Shown: positions 47,767-58,711 of the stretch, in pieces
How the letters are laid out: the number at the start of each line of letters is the position of its first letter
How positions within the stretch are numbered: position 1 is the first letter of the stretch
IMG/VR virus record: IMGVR_UViG_3300025652_000043
Coordinates: 19,042-83,041 of that record
DNA: 64,000 nucleotides
Direction: 5' to 3' (one strand)
Origin: a virus
The notes under the pieces: model-generated
Told to the model about the DNA's origin: nothing
Databases searched by the model: none
What the model saw: the letters and a program-made list of their open reading frames with translations, nothing else
Made by a program: the position numbers and the translations under genes

Positions 47767-48037
47767 AGATTTAGGAGCTGTTAAAGTAGGAAGTGAAACT
47801 AAACTAGTTTATGAATGGTCAGGTGCAGAAATAAAGATTTATCATTTGATTAGTTCTTGTGGATGTACTACTCCTGTATTTGATAAAGAGTCTCAAGAAA
47901 TAAGAGCTGTATATAAAGCAGGAAAAGTGCCTAAACATTTAAAACATATTGGAAGATACACTACTAAAAAGAAAATAAGGATAACTAGTTCTAAAGGAGA
48001 GCATGAATTAACTTTTAAAGCAATAGTCATAGAATAA
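47744..48037 (+). CDS. DUF1573-like Ig-fold protein
   Basis: DLGAV...SSCGCTTP signature; no signal peptide. Confidence 0.7.
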   Translation: MSWKNANRDLGAVKVGSETKLVYEWSGAEIKIYHLISSCGCTTPVFDKESQEIRAVYKAGKVPKHLKHIGRYTTKKKIRITSSKGEHELTFKAIVIE

Positions 48038-48597
48038 TGGATTTATTTAAAGTAGAAGGGAATTTAGTTGTACCTACAGAGCATGCTTTGATAATACCAC
48101 CTTATAGTGATATTTGGAATAGAGATAAAGATGCTGAAAAGTTAACTGCTAAAAGAGAGTTTGCTTATATTGAACTCATGTGTAGTTATAAGAAGAGCAA
48201 TGTTTTTAGAGGTTATTCAGAAGATAAAAGACATACAGAAATCTTAAAGGCTATTTATAAAGAAGATGCTGAAAGTTTTATAGTAGATGAATTAATAAAA
48301 GAAGGTATAAAACTTTATGAAAAACTTAGAGTAGAAGCCTCTCCTACATTACAGTATTATTTGTCAGCAAAAATAGGTGCTGAAAAAATGGTTGAGTGGT
48401 TGTCTACATTTGATATGGAAACTACAAATGAAAGAACTGGTTTGCCACTTTATAAACCTAGAGAAATAACCTCAGCATTAAAGGATAGTTATGATGTAAT
48501 GAAAACTTTAAATGCTATGGAAGAAAAAGTAAATGAACAGATATTTGAATCTGTCAAGACTATAGCGAACAAAGAAATTAATCATTTTGAAATGTAA
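48037..48597 (+). CDS. Protein upstream of TerL (candidate terminase small subunit)
   Basis: 186 aa, helical; position upstream of TerL. Confidence 0.45.
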   Translation: MDLFKVEGNLVVPTEHALIIPPYSDIWNRDKDAEKLTAKREFAYIELMCSYKKSNVFRGYSEDKRHTEILKAIYKEDAESFIVDELIKEGIKLYEKLRVEASPTLQYYLSAKIGAEKMVEWLSTFDMETTNERTGLPLYKPREITSALKDSYDVMKTLNAMEEKVNEQIFESVKTIANKEINHFEM

Positions 48598-48601
48598 GCA
48601 T

Positions 48602-48751
48602 ATGATAGTAACAGAAGCACTTAATGAACATATAGTTGAAAAAATATCTTTTCATGAACAGAAGAGAGTTTTTTGTGAAAGTATAGAGGATTATGAACAA
48701 TGTGTGTATCATAGAAATGAAATAAAAAGACTAAAAGATATGTTACATTAA
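48602..48751 (+). CDS. Small UVR-motif-like protein (49 aa), absent from the ORF track
   Basis: EDYEQCVYHRNEIKRL resembles the UvrB/UvrC coiled-coil motif. Confidence 0.55.
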   Translation: MIVTEALNEHIVEKISFHEQKRVFCESIEDYEQCVYHRNEIKRLKDMLH

Positions 48752-48752
48752 T

Positions 48753-50825
48753 ATGGAGATAGCCCCAGAAATTGATATGGTCAGAGCACCTGATGGTAAA
48801 TGGATAGACACTACTGTGTTTAGAAAAGAAGCTATTAAGTTTAAGAAGTATGGCTACTTCTGTTCAGATTATTGGGGGACCCCAGGTTGGCAAGACTATT
48901 GGGAAGAACAGTTAAAAAGATGTCAAGAAGGTTATGAAGTAAACGGACACAAAGTTACAGGACATCACTACATGTATATGAACTTTTGTCAGATACAAGT
49001 AGTAAAAAAATTAGAGGGCAAGAAAGCATCTAAAAAAGAAACTACTTTCCCAGATTTCTGGGATGGAGATTATGACTATTTTTGGTCACTGGAAATTGCT
49101 AGAAATGGTATTACTCCAGAAGAACTAGAAAAGTTAGCTCTAGAGGTACAACCACATCCAAATCATTTGAAAGGTGGGTATCATATGATAGTAGGAAAGA
49201 GTAGAAGAAAAGGTTATAGTTATAAGAATGGAGCAATTTCTGCTAACTATTATAATACTGAAAGGAAGGCTCAAGTAATCATTGGAGCTTCTGAAAAGAA
49301 GTTTTTATATCCAAAGGGAACAATGGGTATGACAAGTGATTATTTGAATTTCTTAAATGAGTTTACAGGATGGAGAAAATCCAGAGATTATGTAGACAAA
49401 CAAGATCATAAGAAAGCTTCTTACAAGAAGAAAATCAATGGGGTAGATATTGAGTCTGGTTATCAGTCTGAAGTATTTGCCCTAACCTTTAAGGATAATG
49501 CAGATGCAGCAAGGGGTAAGGATGGAGTAGTTGTCCTCCTGGAAGAAGCAGGTGCATTCCCAAACTTAAAGGCATCTTATGCAGCAATCAAACCAGCACT
49601 TACTGCTGGACAATACATTACAGGACAAATCATTATTTTTGGAACAGGTGGAGACATGGCAAGTGGAACAGTAGATTTTGCTGATATGTTTTATAATCCT
49701 TTAGCTTATGGTATTATGCCATTTGTTAATATATGGGATGATAATGCAGAAGACACTTCATGTGGTTTCTTCCACCCTGTTACAAAAAATCTAGAAGGAT
49801 TCTATGATTTACAAGGTAATTCTGATACTGAAGCTGCATTAGAGTTTGAAACAAAAAGAAGAAAGACAATACTTGAGAGCAGTAACAACACTTCTGCATA
49901 TCAGCAACATATACAAGAGTTTGCTCTCAAGCCGTCTGAAGCTTTCCTTACAGTATCAACCAATGATTTTCCAATAATAGAGTTAAGAGCACAACTTAAC
50001 AGAGTTATAAGAGGGAAGTTAATGTTAACTAAAGGTACTCCTGTAACATTAAGAAGAAGTGAGGGTAAAATATTGGCAGAACCTGATTTAATTAATAAGT
50101 TAAATCCTATAATACATTATAAGGTAAAGCAAAAAGATTTAGTGTCTTGTCCTATTATATATGAGTTTCCCTCTAATCCCCCTAAAGGCTTATATAAAAT
50201 AGGATATGACCCTTATAGACAAGACCAAACTACAGGAGTTTCTTTAGCTGCAATTTATGTATATAAAACAGTTCAAAGAGGAAACTCTACTAAAAATATT
50301 ATTGTAGCACATTATGTGGGAAGACCACAAACTGCAGACTCAGTAAATAGAATAGCTGAAATGTTAGCTGAACTTTATAATGCAGAAATAATGTATGAGA
50401 ATGAAGTTCCTGATGTTAAGAAGTATTTTGAAAGACGTAAAAAATTAAGTTTATTAGCAGCACAACCTGATGGGGTAATATCTAAGAATATTAAGAATTC
50501 AAGAGTGGCAAGAATCTATGGCTGTCACATGAATGAGAAACTTAAAGATGCAGGTGCAAAGTATATTAAACAGTGGCTATTAGAGGAGAGAGATTTTGAT
50601 GAACATGGTAATGTATTAATTAATTTAGATTTTATATATGATATTGGTTTATTAGAAGAGTTGATACTTTATAATAAAAAAGGTAACTTTGATAGAGTTA
50701 TGTCACTTATGATGGTTATGTTCCAAATAGAGGAAGATGAACTTGGAAAGGAACATGGAGAAACTGGAGAGATAAATCAAAATGCAGTAGACTTACTAGC
50801 ATTAGACCTATATAGTAGAAATTAA
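48753..50825 (+). CDS. terL: Terminase large subunit
   Basis: KSRRKGYS Walker A, LLEEAG Walker B, FGTGG, nuclease GYDPY...NFDRV; precedes the portal gene. Confidence 0.93.
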   Translation: MEIAPEIDMVRAPDGKWIDTTVFRKEAIKFKKYGYFCSDYWGTPGWQDYWEEQLKRCQEGYEVNGHKVTGHHYMYMNFCQIQVVKKLEGKKASKKETTFPDFWDGDYDYFWSLEIARNGITPEELEKLALEVQPHPNHLKGGYHMIVGKSRRKGYSYKNGAISANYYNTERKAQVIIGASEKKFLYPKGTMGMTSDYLNFLNEFTGWRKSRDYVDKQDHKKASYKKKINGVDIESGYQSEVFALTFKDNADAARGKDGVVVLLEEAGAFPNLKASYAAIKPALTAGQYITGQIIIFGTGGDMASGTVDFADMFYNPLAYGIMPFVNIWDDNAEDTSCGFFHPVTKNLEGFYDLQGNSDTEAALEFETKRRKTILESSNNTSAYQQHIQEFALKPSEAFLTVSTNDFPIIELRAQLNRVIRGKLMLTKGTPVTLRRSEGKILAEPDLINKLNPIIHYKVKQKDLVSCPIIYEFPSNPPKGLYKIGYDPYRQDQTTGVSLAAIYVYKTVQRGNSTKNIIVAHYVGRPQTADSVNRIAEMLAELYNAEIMYENEVPDVKKYFERRKKLSLLAAQPDGVISKNIKNSRVARIYGCHMNEKLKDAGAKYIKQWLLEERDFDEHGNVLINLDFIYDIGLLEELILYNKKGNFDRVMSLMMVMFQIEEDELGKEHGETGEINQNAVDLLALDLYSRN

Positions 50826-50837
50826 AAAAATAAAAAA

Positions 50838-53240
50838 ATGGCTGAGATGACAACAGGAAAGGTTAGGCTTTCTTTAAGAGAAAAAAATTCCAATAAAAAA
50901 CAATGGTTTAAAGATAAAGCCGATAAATTGAAAGGTGCTGCTTTTGGAGATTCAGGGCATTCTTTTGATGGTGCAATTTCAGAATATAAAAGAAAGAAAG
51001 TAAACTATGATTTGTTTAATAATATTGTAAACAAAGAAGACTTTCAATATGTATGTAAACCTTTTGGTGCAGAAGCAGGGGACTTACCTGCAAACTTTAC
51101 TAATAAAGATATAGTGTCTCCAAGAATAAAGGCTGCTTTAGGTATGGAAATGAAAAGACCTTTTTCTTTTAAAACCTTAGCAGTAAACGAGGAAGCCACT
51201 ACCAGAAAAGAACAGCATAAATTTAGTTTAATTAAAGAGTATACTGTCTCTACAATTATGCAACCTATACAAGCTGAAATAGAAGCTAAGTTTCAAGAGC
51301 AAACTAAAGGGAGAGAACTTACTGAAGATGAGCAAGCACAAATTAATCAGCAAATGGCTGAAGAGATGAAAGCTATGACTCCACCTGAAGTACAGAAATA
51401 TATGGAGAGAAAACATCAAGATCCTGCTGAAGCACAAATGCATCAGATATTGCAAGGTATTGCACAGAAAGAAGATGTTAAAAGAAAGTTTGACAAAGGC
51501 TGGAAACATGCTTGTTTATCAGGGGAAGAGGTATATTGGGTAGGTCAGGTTAGAGGTAAACCTAGTTTAGGAGTGACTAACCCTATTAGATTTGATTATG
51601 ACAAATCACCAGACATGGACTTTATTGAAGATGGAGAATGGGGTGTTGCAGAATATAGAATGACTCCTAGTCAATTAGCTGCACATGCTGATGGAGAACT
51701 TAGTAACACTCAACTTGATGAAATTTTTAGTGATGGGGGAGGTGCTCAATCTTACGATTCAGAATGGAATTTTAGTGATGCTGAATCTAAATCAGATAAT
51801 ACTGTATCTGTATATCATTGTGTATGGAAAGATTTAAGAAGAATAGGATTCTTAACTTTTATAGACCCAAAAACAGGAGAAGAACATGAAACTGTTGTAG
51901 GAGAGGATTATAGAAAGAATTTAGATGCAGGAGATATTAAAATAGATTGGGAATGGATACCAGAGACCTATGAAACTTTTATAGCACAAAATGATATTTA
52001 TTTTAAAATGAGACCTATAGAAGGTCAACATAAAGATTTAAATAATCTGTTTGAATGTAAGCTACCTTATTATGGGGCTGCTTATGATAACCTTAATTCT
52101 GAAACTACTTCATTGATGGATAGAATGAAAGTATGGCAATACTATTACAATATTATTATGTATAGAATAGAATTGCTTATGGCTTCAGATAAAGGTAAAC
52201 TAATGCTTATGAATATTAATGCTATACCAAAATCTGCAGGAATATCTATGGAGAAGTGGTTGTATTATGCTGAAGCTTTAAAGATAGGTTGGATTAATCC
52301 TAATGAAGAAGGTAATAAAGGTTTAGATGTGACTAACATGGCTAAACAAATGGATATGTCTTTAATGTCTGATATTCAAAAATATGTAGACTTGGCAAAT
52401 TATATAGATTCTCAATGTGGTAAATCAGTAGGAATTACTGAAACTGCATTAGGTCAAATGGAAGAAAGACAAGCAGTGGCAAATACAAGACAAAGTAATG
52501 TTGCTACTTCTAATATATTAGAGCCTTATTTTGATTTACATAATCATGTAAAAAGAAATGTACTACAGGCTTTAGTAGAACAATGTAAAATTAGTTATGT
52601 AGATTCTGATGATGATTTCTTAACATTTACTTTAGATGATTTATCAGTTCAAATGCTTAAAATAGATGGAGAATTATTAGACTCTTCTACTTATGGTATT
52701 TTTGTAACTAGCTCATCTAAAGCTCATGAAGCTGTAGAACTAGTTAAACAATTGGCACATGCTGCTCAACAGAACAATGCAATTAAAATGTCTTCTGTTA
52801 TTAAGGTAGTAAGAAGTGAAGGTATTCAAGAAGCTGAAGAGCTACTTGAAACAGGAGAAAGAGAACAAAGTGCAGAACTACAACAAAATCAATTACAAGC
52901 TATTCAAGAGCAAGGTAAGAATGATGAGAAAGCTAGACAATGGGCTAGAGAAGAAAAGGAAATTGATCAAGCTAATATACTTGAACAAATTGCAGCTAAA
53001 GGTGTACTTGACTTACAAAAACAAGCAATGTTATCTATGGGATTCAATGAAGACAAAGATATGGATAATGATGGTGTCCCTGATGTACAAGAAATATTTA
53101 GAGATGGGGTAGATGCGAATCTTAAAATGAGAAAACAAGACTTGGATGAAAAGAAATTTGAAGAAGATAAAAAACAAAATAAAGCTAAAAATGCTATTGA
53201 AAATAAAAAGATAGATAAGGCTACAACTAAGAAAAGCTAA
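50838..53240 (+). CDS. Portal protein (crAss-like)
   Basis: 800 aa after TerL; SLMDRMK..Q..YNI and VGITETALGQ patterns; coiled-coil C-terminus. Confidence 0.88.
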   Translation: MAEMTTGKVRLSLREKNSNKKQWFKDKADKLKGAAFGDSGHSFDGAISEYKRKKVNYDLFNNIVNKEDFQYVCKPFGAEAGDLPANFTNKDIVSPRIKAALGMEMKRPFSFKTLAVNEEATTRKEQHKFSLIKEYTVSTIMQPIQAEIEAKFQEQTKGRELTEDEQAQINQQMAEEMKAMTPPEVQKYMERKHQDPAEAQMHQILQGIAQKEDVKRKFDKGWKHACLSGEEVYWVGQVRGKPSLGVTNPIRFDYDKSPDMDFIEDGEWGVAEYRMTPSQLAAHADGELSNTQLDEIFSDGGGAQSYDSEWNFSDAESKSDNTVSVYHCVWKDLRRIGFLTFIDPKTGEEHETVVGEDYRKNLDAGDIKIDWEWIPETYETFIAQNDIYFKMRPIEGQHKDLNNLFECKLPYYGAAYDNLNSETTSLMDRMKVWQYYYNIIMYRIELLMASDKGKLMLMNINAIPKSAGISMEKWLYYAEALKIGWINPNEEGNKGLDVTNMAKQMDMSLMSDIQKYVDLANYIDSQCGKSVGITETALGQMEERQAVANTRQSNVATSNILEPYFDLHNHVKRNVLQALVEQCKISYVDSDDDFLTFTLDDLSVQMLKIDGELLDSSTYGIFVTSSSKAHEAVELVKQLAHAAQQNNAIKMSSVIKVVRSEGIQEAEELLETGEREQSAELQQNQLQAIQEQGKNDEKARQWAREEKEIDQANILEQIAAKGVLDLQKQAMLSMGFNEDKDMDNDGVPDVQEIFRDGVDANLKMRKQDLDEKKFEEDKKQNKAKNAIENKKIDKATTKKS

Positions 53241-53280
53241 ATTTGGCTATTAGGGATAATCTCTAAAAGTTAAGTTTTAA

Positions 53281-53314
53281 ACTTAAATTATATTAATATT
53301 AATACTTAAATTTA
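53281..53314 (+). promoter_or_regulatory. Candidate late promoter, second copy
   Basis: acttaaattatattaatatt followed by TAAATTTA, 6 nt before the ATG at 53321. Confidence 0.55.
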
Positions 53315-53320
53315 CGTAAC

Positions 53321-54481
53321 ATGCCAAAAGAAAAAGATACCCAAAAAGAGTCTACAGAAGCATCTGTAGCACAAGAAACTGCACTAGAAAATTTTGAATG
53401 GGATGAAGGTGGAGGAGACTTCTTTGGAATTGATGATTCAGCAATAGAAAAAGAAGATGTAGTTCCTGTTAAAAAGGAGGATGAAGAGGAAGATGTCTCT
53501 AAAACAAAAGAAGAAGAGGAAGACAATGAAGAAGAAGAAAGTTTTTTTGGCTTAGATGAAGAAGACATTAAAAGTGGTGAAGAGGATGATAATGAAGAAA
53601 TCACTCCTAAAAATAAAACTGAAGAGGATTTAAACTCCTATGCAGAAAAACTGAAAGAGAATGGAATCTTTCAGAATATTGAAATTCCTGAAGAGGAATT
53701 GACAGAAGATAAGTTCATTGAATTACAGGATTTAGAGATAGAATCAAGAGTAGATGAAGCTTTTGAAGGTTTCTTCAAAGAGATGGATGATGATGGTGCT
53801 GCTTTTCTTAAACATAAAAAGAACGGTGGTAGTACAGAAGACTTTTTTAAAGTTTATGGTACAACATCAGAATTACCTGAAGGAGATTTGGATGATGAGC
53901 AGTATCAAGAAAAAGTCAGCAGATATTATTATGGGCAAGTAGAAGGTGATTCTACAGAAGACATAGATGATAAGATTGAGTGGCTTAGAGATACTGGCAA
54001 ATTAGAGAAATACTCTCAAAAATTTGATTTGAAAATCAAAGAGAAAGAAACTAAAGATAAAGAGGATTTAGTAAAAGCCAACAAAGCAGCAGAAAAAGTT
54101 TCTGATGCTAATAAAAAAGCTTTTGCAAATAGTGTCCAAGAGGCTTTGGATAACACTGACCAAGTGGACAACTTTACATTTACTAAAGAAAGTAAAAAAA
54201 GTCTATTACCTTTTATCACTAAACCTACTGTAAAAATTGGTCCAAACAAGTATATAACAGGCATGCAGAGTAGATTAAGCACAGCACTTAAAAACCCTGA
54301 AAAAATGCTAGTACTTGCACAATTATTACAGAATGATTTTGATGTCAGCACTATAATACAAAATGCTACTACTGTGAAAACAAAGAAGCTAAAAGCTGAT
54401 ATTCAAAGAAAGAAATCTGTTAAACCTAGTAGTTCAGGTAGGACAGGGCACAAAAGAAGTTTAGCTGATGTAAACTTTTAA
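53321..54481 (+). CDS. Probable scaffolding protein
   Basis: Very acidic N-terminus, coiled coil and basic C-terminus; between portal and MCP. Confidence 0.65.
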   Translation: MPKEKDTQKESTEASVAQETALENFEWDEGGGDFFGIDDSAIEKEDVVPVKKEDEEEDVSKTKEEEEDNEEEESFFGLDEEDIKSGEEDDNEEITPKNKTEEDLNSYAEKLKENGIFQNIEIPEEELTEDKFIELQDLEIESRVDEAFEGFFKEMDDDGAAFLKHKKNGGSTEDFFKVYGTTSELPEGDLDDEQYQEKVSRYYYGQVEGDSTEDIDDKIEWLRDTGKLEKYSQKFDLKIKEKETKDKEDLVKANKAAEKVSDANKKAFANSVQEALDNTDQVDNFTFTKESKKSLLPFITKPTVKIGPNKYITGMQSRLSTALKNPEKMLVLAQLLQNDFDVSTIIQNATTVKTKKLKADIQRKKSVKPSSSGRTGHKRSLADVNF

Positions 54482-54517
54482 AAATAATAATTAATTAAAA
54501 ATTAAAACTTTCAAATT

Positions 54518-55975
54518 ATGGCAAAAGGATTAGTAGGTAATAAGCTTATTACCAAACAAATGCCTTGGCATGCAAACATGACTGAACTCAATCATTTGGG
54601 TAAAGCTCTTATTGCAAAGCCAGATAAGTTTGAATCCAAAATTGGGCAGTTATTTACTGCCGAAAGGTATTCAGATAATCCTTTGACAGCTATGGCTATC
54701 AAAGAGGGCAGACAAGAAAACACCAATTCCTCTATGTGGGAATGGGACATGAGACCAGCTACAACTAGACCACTAGTGGTTTTAGAAGATGTACAAGCAG
54801 GTGACACAACTAAAGGTAAATACAAAGCAGTATTTAAAATTAAGTTGGATGAAAACTGGTATGAGCCAGGAGATATTATTACTCCAGGAACTTCTAATAA
54901 GAAGTACCAATGTAGAGTACAAGAGGAAAGAGTTCCTCATGGAAAAGGATACATCTATACATTACGTTTAATGTCAGATAATCCTCAGCTTTTTGTCCCA
55001 GTACAATATTTTAAAGCAGGAACACAATGGGGGAAACTTTACTCTCAATATGCTGAAGCTGAAACACAATCTGGTAGCACACAATATGCTTTGCCTATCT
55101 CTATGGCAAACAGAATGTCAAGATTCAGAAAGAAATACAAAGTAACAGGAGATGCTCATGATGAAGTATTAGCTGTGAAAATTCCAGATTCAATGGGCAC
55201 GTACCATGATTCATGGGTTAAGTTTGCTGAAGTTGAATACTGGCAACAGTGGTACAGAGAAATTGAAAGAGGATATTGGTACTCACGTAGTACAGATACA
55301 GTTCTTTCAGCTAATGGTAGACCATTAAGAACAGGACCAGGATTACAAGAGATGTTAGAAGACTCTCACGTTCAAAGATTCTCACATTTAACTGCAAGGT
55401 TAATTGAAGAATATTTGATGGGTATTTTCTACTCTAGAGTTAAGCCAGGTGCAGCAAGAAAAATTAAAGGATATTCAGGTGAATATGGAATGATTAACTT
55501 CCACAGAGCTATTCAAGATTGGGCACAAAAAACTGGATTTATTCAGGTAGTTGACCAAATGTTTATTCAAAAAGGTAGTTCAAGCTATAATGATAACTCA
55601 TTATCTGCAGGTTACCAATTCACTAAGTATAGAATGGCTAATGGAGCTGAACTAGAATTGATTCACAATCCTCTTTATGATGATAGAGAAATCAATTTTG
55701 AAATAGACCCTGTTACAGGTTATCCTTTAGAGTCTCAAAGAATTACATTCTTAGATTTCTCTGGACAAGGAAAATCATCTAACTGTAGAATTGTTAACAA
55801 GAATAAGTCATATAAACTTGGGTATGTTGCTGGTTTATGTAATCCTTATGGACCTAATGATGGTAAATTAATGAGTCACTCAGGTAACTTCTATGAAATG
55901 CATGTTGAGAAACAATCAGGTATGCATATTGAAGATATTGGAAGATGTGGTGAATTGATTTTATCAAGAAACTAA
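54518..55975 (+). CDS. Major capsid protein (crAss-like HK97 fold)
   Basis: 485 aa; GPGLQEML and YQFTKYRMANG...IHNPLYDD; follows the scaffold gene and precedes a terminator. Confidence 0.88.
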   Translation: MAKGLVGNKLITKQMPWHANMTELNHLGKALIAKPDKFESKIGQLFTAERYSDNPLTAMAIKEGRQENTNSSMWEWDMRPATTRPLVVLEDVQAGDTTKGKYKAVFKIKLDENWYEPGDIITPGTSNKKYQCRVQEERVPHGKGYIYTLRLMSDNPQLFVPVQYFKAGTQWGKLYSQYAEAETQSGSTQYALPISMANRMSRFRKKYKVTGDAHDEVLAVKIPDSMGTYHDSWVKFAEVEYWQQWYREIERGYWYSRSTDTVLSANGRPLRTGPGLQEMLEDSHVQRFSHLTARLIEEYLMGIFYSRVKPGAARKIKGYSGEYGMINFHRAIQDWAQKTGFIQVVDQMFIQKGSSSYNDNSLSAGYQFTKYRMANGAELELIHNPLYDDREINFEIDPVTGYPLESQRITFLDFSGQGKSSNCRIVNKNKSYKLGYVAGLCNPYGPNDGKLMSHSGNFYEMHVEKQSGMHIEDIGRCGELILSRN

Positions 55976-55994
55976 GTCTAAGGGAAAAGATTAT

Positions 55995-56020
55995 AGGGGG
56001 TAATTGATTTTACCCCTTTT
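55995..56020 (+). terminator. Intrinsic terminator after MCP
   Basis: ggggtaa-ttgatt-ttacccc followed by a T tract. Confidence 0.75.
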
Positions 56021-56113
56021 AATTAATCAGAGAAGATGTAAAAATCAAATGCACACTAACACAACATATAGTGTGATTAAAAGAAAATAAGTATTAAACT
56101 AAAAGAAAAAATT

Positions 56114-56908
56114 ATGTCAAAAGTAGAAATTAGACCATTAAGCATCCCTAAATGGCATGGTAAAGAAGGTCAAGAAGCTTTCACACAACCTCATACAATA
56201 GAAGCGTTATATGACCATAATAGTGGTGGTTATGCAACTGGATTAACTGAAGGAGAAGTAGAAAAGTATCAAAAGAAGTTAAAGGTAGACTTATCAAGCA
56301 CTTTCAATCAAGAAGAACCCCATCCTTTCTGGAATAGTAAAATGGCTAGGGTTAAATTGGAGAATGCAACTATGATTCTTGATGATAGTATAGCCCTTGA
56401 ATTTGTCAAAGTTAAAATGTTAAAAGCTAGTAAGTATGTGGCTAATAGTATGAAAGAATGGGAAGATGGATTGTTTCCTGAAGCAACACATGTAATATTT
56501 GATGAAACTGAAGAAGAAGACATCAAAGCAAGTAAAGCTAAGAAAAGACAGGAAGCAGTTAAATTGTCCCTAGACCTCTCAGCAGAAGCACAAGCTAATA
56601 TCATTCAGATATTAACTAATAAATCTGTTAGAGGTAAAAGTGCCAACTATTTGGTTGGAGAGATTGATGATCTGATTCAAGACAGATTAAGTGATTTCAT
56701 AAGAGAAGCAAAGAAAGATAAGAAAGACTTATATACAACTGCTGCAGTTATGGAAGCTATTCACAGAAATGTTTTGACAAAAGAAGGAACAGCAATTTTC
56801 TATTTATCAGATAAAATTGGCTATGACTTTGAATCTGCTGTTGAGTGGTTTAAAGACCCACAAAACCAAAACATGAAGACTAGTATATTAGGGAAACTTA
56901 ATAATTAA
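56114..56908 (+). CDS. Conserved crAss-like protein downstream of MCP
   Basis: 264 aa; synteny with the crAss capsid module. Confidence 0.6.
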   Translation: MSKVEIRPLSIPKWHGKEGQEAFTQPHTIEALYDHNSGGYATGLTEGEVEKYQKKLKVDLSSTFNQEEPHPFWNSKMARVKLENATMILDDSIALEFVKVKMLKASKYVANSMKEWEDGLFPEATHVIFDETEEEDIKASKAKKRQEAVKLSLDLSAEAQANIIQILTNKSVRGKSANYLVGEIDDLIQDRLSDFIREAKKDKKDLYTTAAVMEAIHRNVLTKEGTAIFYLSDKIGYDFESAVEWFKDPQNQNMKTSILGKLNN

Positions 56909-56927
56909 TCTTCTAAATACAATTAGA

Positions 56928-57647
56928 ATGAATATTAAAGAGATGCATTATGATTTCAAGCAAAAGCTAAATAAGGTTGACTCTCAACAGTATAGGAATT
57001 TAAAAGTTCCTGAAATTGATTGGAAACTAAATGAAGCTATTGTGTTATTTGTTAAAATTGTAGCAGAGCCTAAGCATGCAACAAAGCTTGGGTTTGAAAC
57101 TAGTCAGAGAACTATAGATGATATTAGAACTCTAGTTGTTAATGATGAAAATTTAACGCTACTCTTTACTGAAACTGAGTCTGTTTCTTTTGAATTACCT
57201 GATAATTATTTTGATTATATAGGTACTCAAAAGCTAATGATAGAGAAAAATGGATGTGAAGCTTCTGCAATAAATGTAATTCTAAGACAACATGATGATA
57301 ATTTTGAAGCTAGTCCATTTGATAGAAGTTCTTTTCTTTGGAGAGAAGTAAATATCAGATTTAATGAAGATGGCATTAAAGTTTTTACATCAGGAGAATT
57401 TGAAGTTCCTAGCTTAAGTATTAATTATATTAAACAACCTGCATCTGTCAATAACAGTGAGAGTTTTGTAGGAGGTCAATATATAACTTTAGCAGGAGTA
57501 ACTTTAGACACTAATGTAGATTGTGATTTGCCTTGGCAAGTCCACAATGAAATTGTAGATTTAGCAGTAGCTATAACTACAGGAGATTTACAAATACCTG
57601 ACTATGCAATAAAGAAAGATAAGTTGAATTATAATCAACTATCATAA
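56928..57647 (+). CDS. Tail ring/adaptor protein
   Basis: EIDWKLNEA...LPDNY...YIKQP...LPWQVHNEIVDLAV pattern of ring/adaptor proteins. Confidence 0.68.
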   Translation: MNIKEMHYDFKQKLNKVDSQQYRNLKVPEIDWKLNEAIVLFVKIVAEPKHATKLGFETSQRTIDDIRTLVVNDENLTLLFTETESVSFELPDNYFDYIGTQKLMIEKNGCEASAINVILRQHDDNFEASPFDRSSFLWREVNIRFNEDGIKVFTSGEFEVPSLSINYIKQPASVNNSESFVGGQYITLAGVTLDTNVDCDLPWQVHNEIVDLAVAITTGDLQIPDYAIKKDKLNYNQLS

Positions 57648-57673
57648 GTCAAACAATTTAAAAATTAAAAATT

Positions 57674-58711
57674 ATGTCAAGAAATAATGATGTATTTCAA
57701 GTATTAGTTCCAACAGCAGCAGTAGCCGTAACAGGTGGAGTTGCAACAGGAACTACTTTAGATGCTTTAACAGAAGGACAAATTGGTGCTTTTGGTTATG
57801 AGAGTAATGTAGCATTAGATCCTACAGCTAAACCAACAGTTCCTTTTTACTTAGCTGTAAAAGTGTTGAACCTAGATGGACAAGAGGATATTGTAAAGTC
57901 TACTGGACACAGTATTAATCCTAAAAATGAAGTGAGTTATACTCACAAAGCATATACTGCTCCAGTGCAGATGGTGACCTCAAGCCCCTTTAAAGTAATT
58001 CAATGTGGGAATGAAGTTGGAGTTAAAATTGAGATTAGAAATCAAGAAGCATACAGATTAAATGGTTATAATCAAGTTGTAAAAAACTTTATTGTTCCTA
58101 CATCTGAATGTATAGATTGTGAAACTAGTTGTCAAGATGGAAATTGTACTGATGTTTTAACAGCATTAGTTGCTTTAATTAACTCTGATGAAGATGGTTT
58201 AGTTGTGGCAACACAAACTGCTCCAACAGCTACAGACCCATTAGAAGCATGTGATTCAACTGCTGCTGGATATGTAGCAGGAGAGTTGATTTTAACTGTT
58301 CAAGCAAAAGCTTTTGCAGATTGGTGTAGCATTAACTTAAACTATTTTTCTCCAAGACAGACAGAGATAATTGTAACTCCTATTGATGGATTTGAAGCTA
58401 CAGTTATTGATACTGCAATGGTATATGAAGATGGTGCAGGTTATGATGTTAAGCAAATGGAGTATGAAGCAGGTGGATGGAATGGGAAACCAGGACCATA
58501 TAGAGCTTCTGATTTAATGGGAGTAGCTTTTGAAGGCTTTCAGTATTTTGCTGATGCAAGTAAAAACTATGATGTTTATCATGCTTCTTATGACTTAGTA
58601 TCTGTTTCAGGATGGAGAAAAGATGACCATTTTGCAAGAACTGTTGTAGCTGCAGAAAACGGAGCTACTGCAACTTTGATAACTACTTTCTTAGATGTTA
58701 TCTTTGGATAA
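57674..58711 (+). CDS. Probable auxiliary capsid/structural protein
   Basis: 345 aa, Thr/Ala/Val-rich, followed by a terminator; synteny with the crAss auxiliary capsid gene. Confidence 0.55.
   Translation: MSRNNDVFQVLVPTAAVAVTGGVATGTTLDALTEGQIGAFGYESNVALDPTAKPTVPFYLAVKVLNLDGQEDIVKSTGHSINPKNEVSYTHKAYTAPVQMVTSSPFKVIQCGNEVGVKIEIRNQEAYRLNGYNQVVKNFIVPTSECIDCETSCQDGNCTDVLTALVALINSDEDGLVVATQTAPTATDPLEACDSTAAGYVAGELILTVQAKAFADWCSINLNYFSPRQTEIIVTPIDGFEATVIDTAMVYEDGAGYDVKQMEYEAGGWNGKPGPYRASDLMGVAFEGFQYFADASKNYDVYHASYDLVSVSGWRKDDHFARTVVAAENGATATLITTFLDVIFG

Noticed and set aside
31742-50825. Introns, inteins or homing endonucleases in polA or terL
   Set aside because: Both ORFs are continuous and of ordinary length, with no visible intein or HNH/LAGLIDADG motifs.
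45025-58637. Short antisense or alternate-frame ORFs in the structural block (e.g. 53299-53604, 52816-53112, 54016-54351)
   Set aside because: Shadows of acidic or low-complexity coding sequence.
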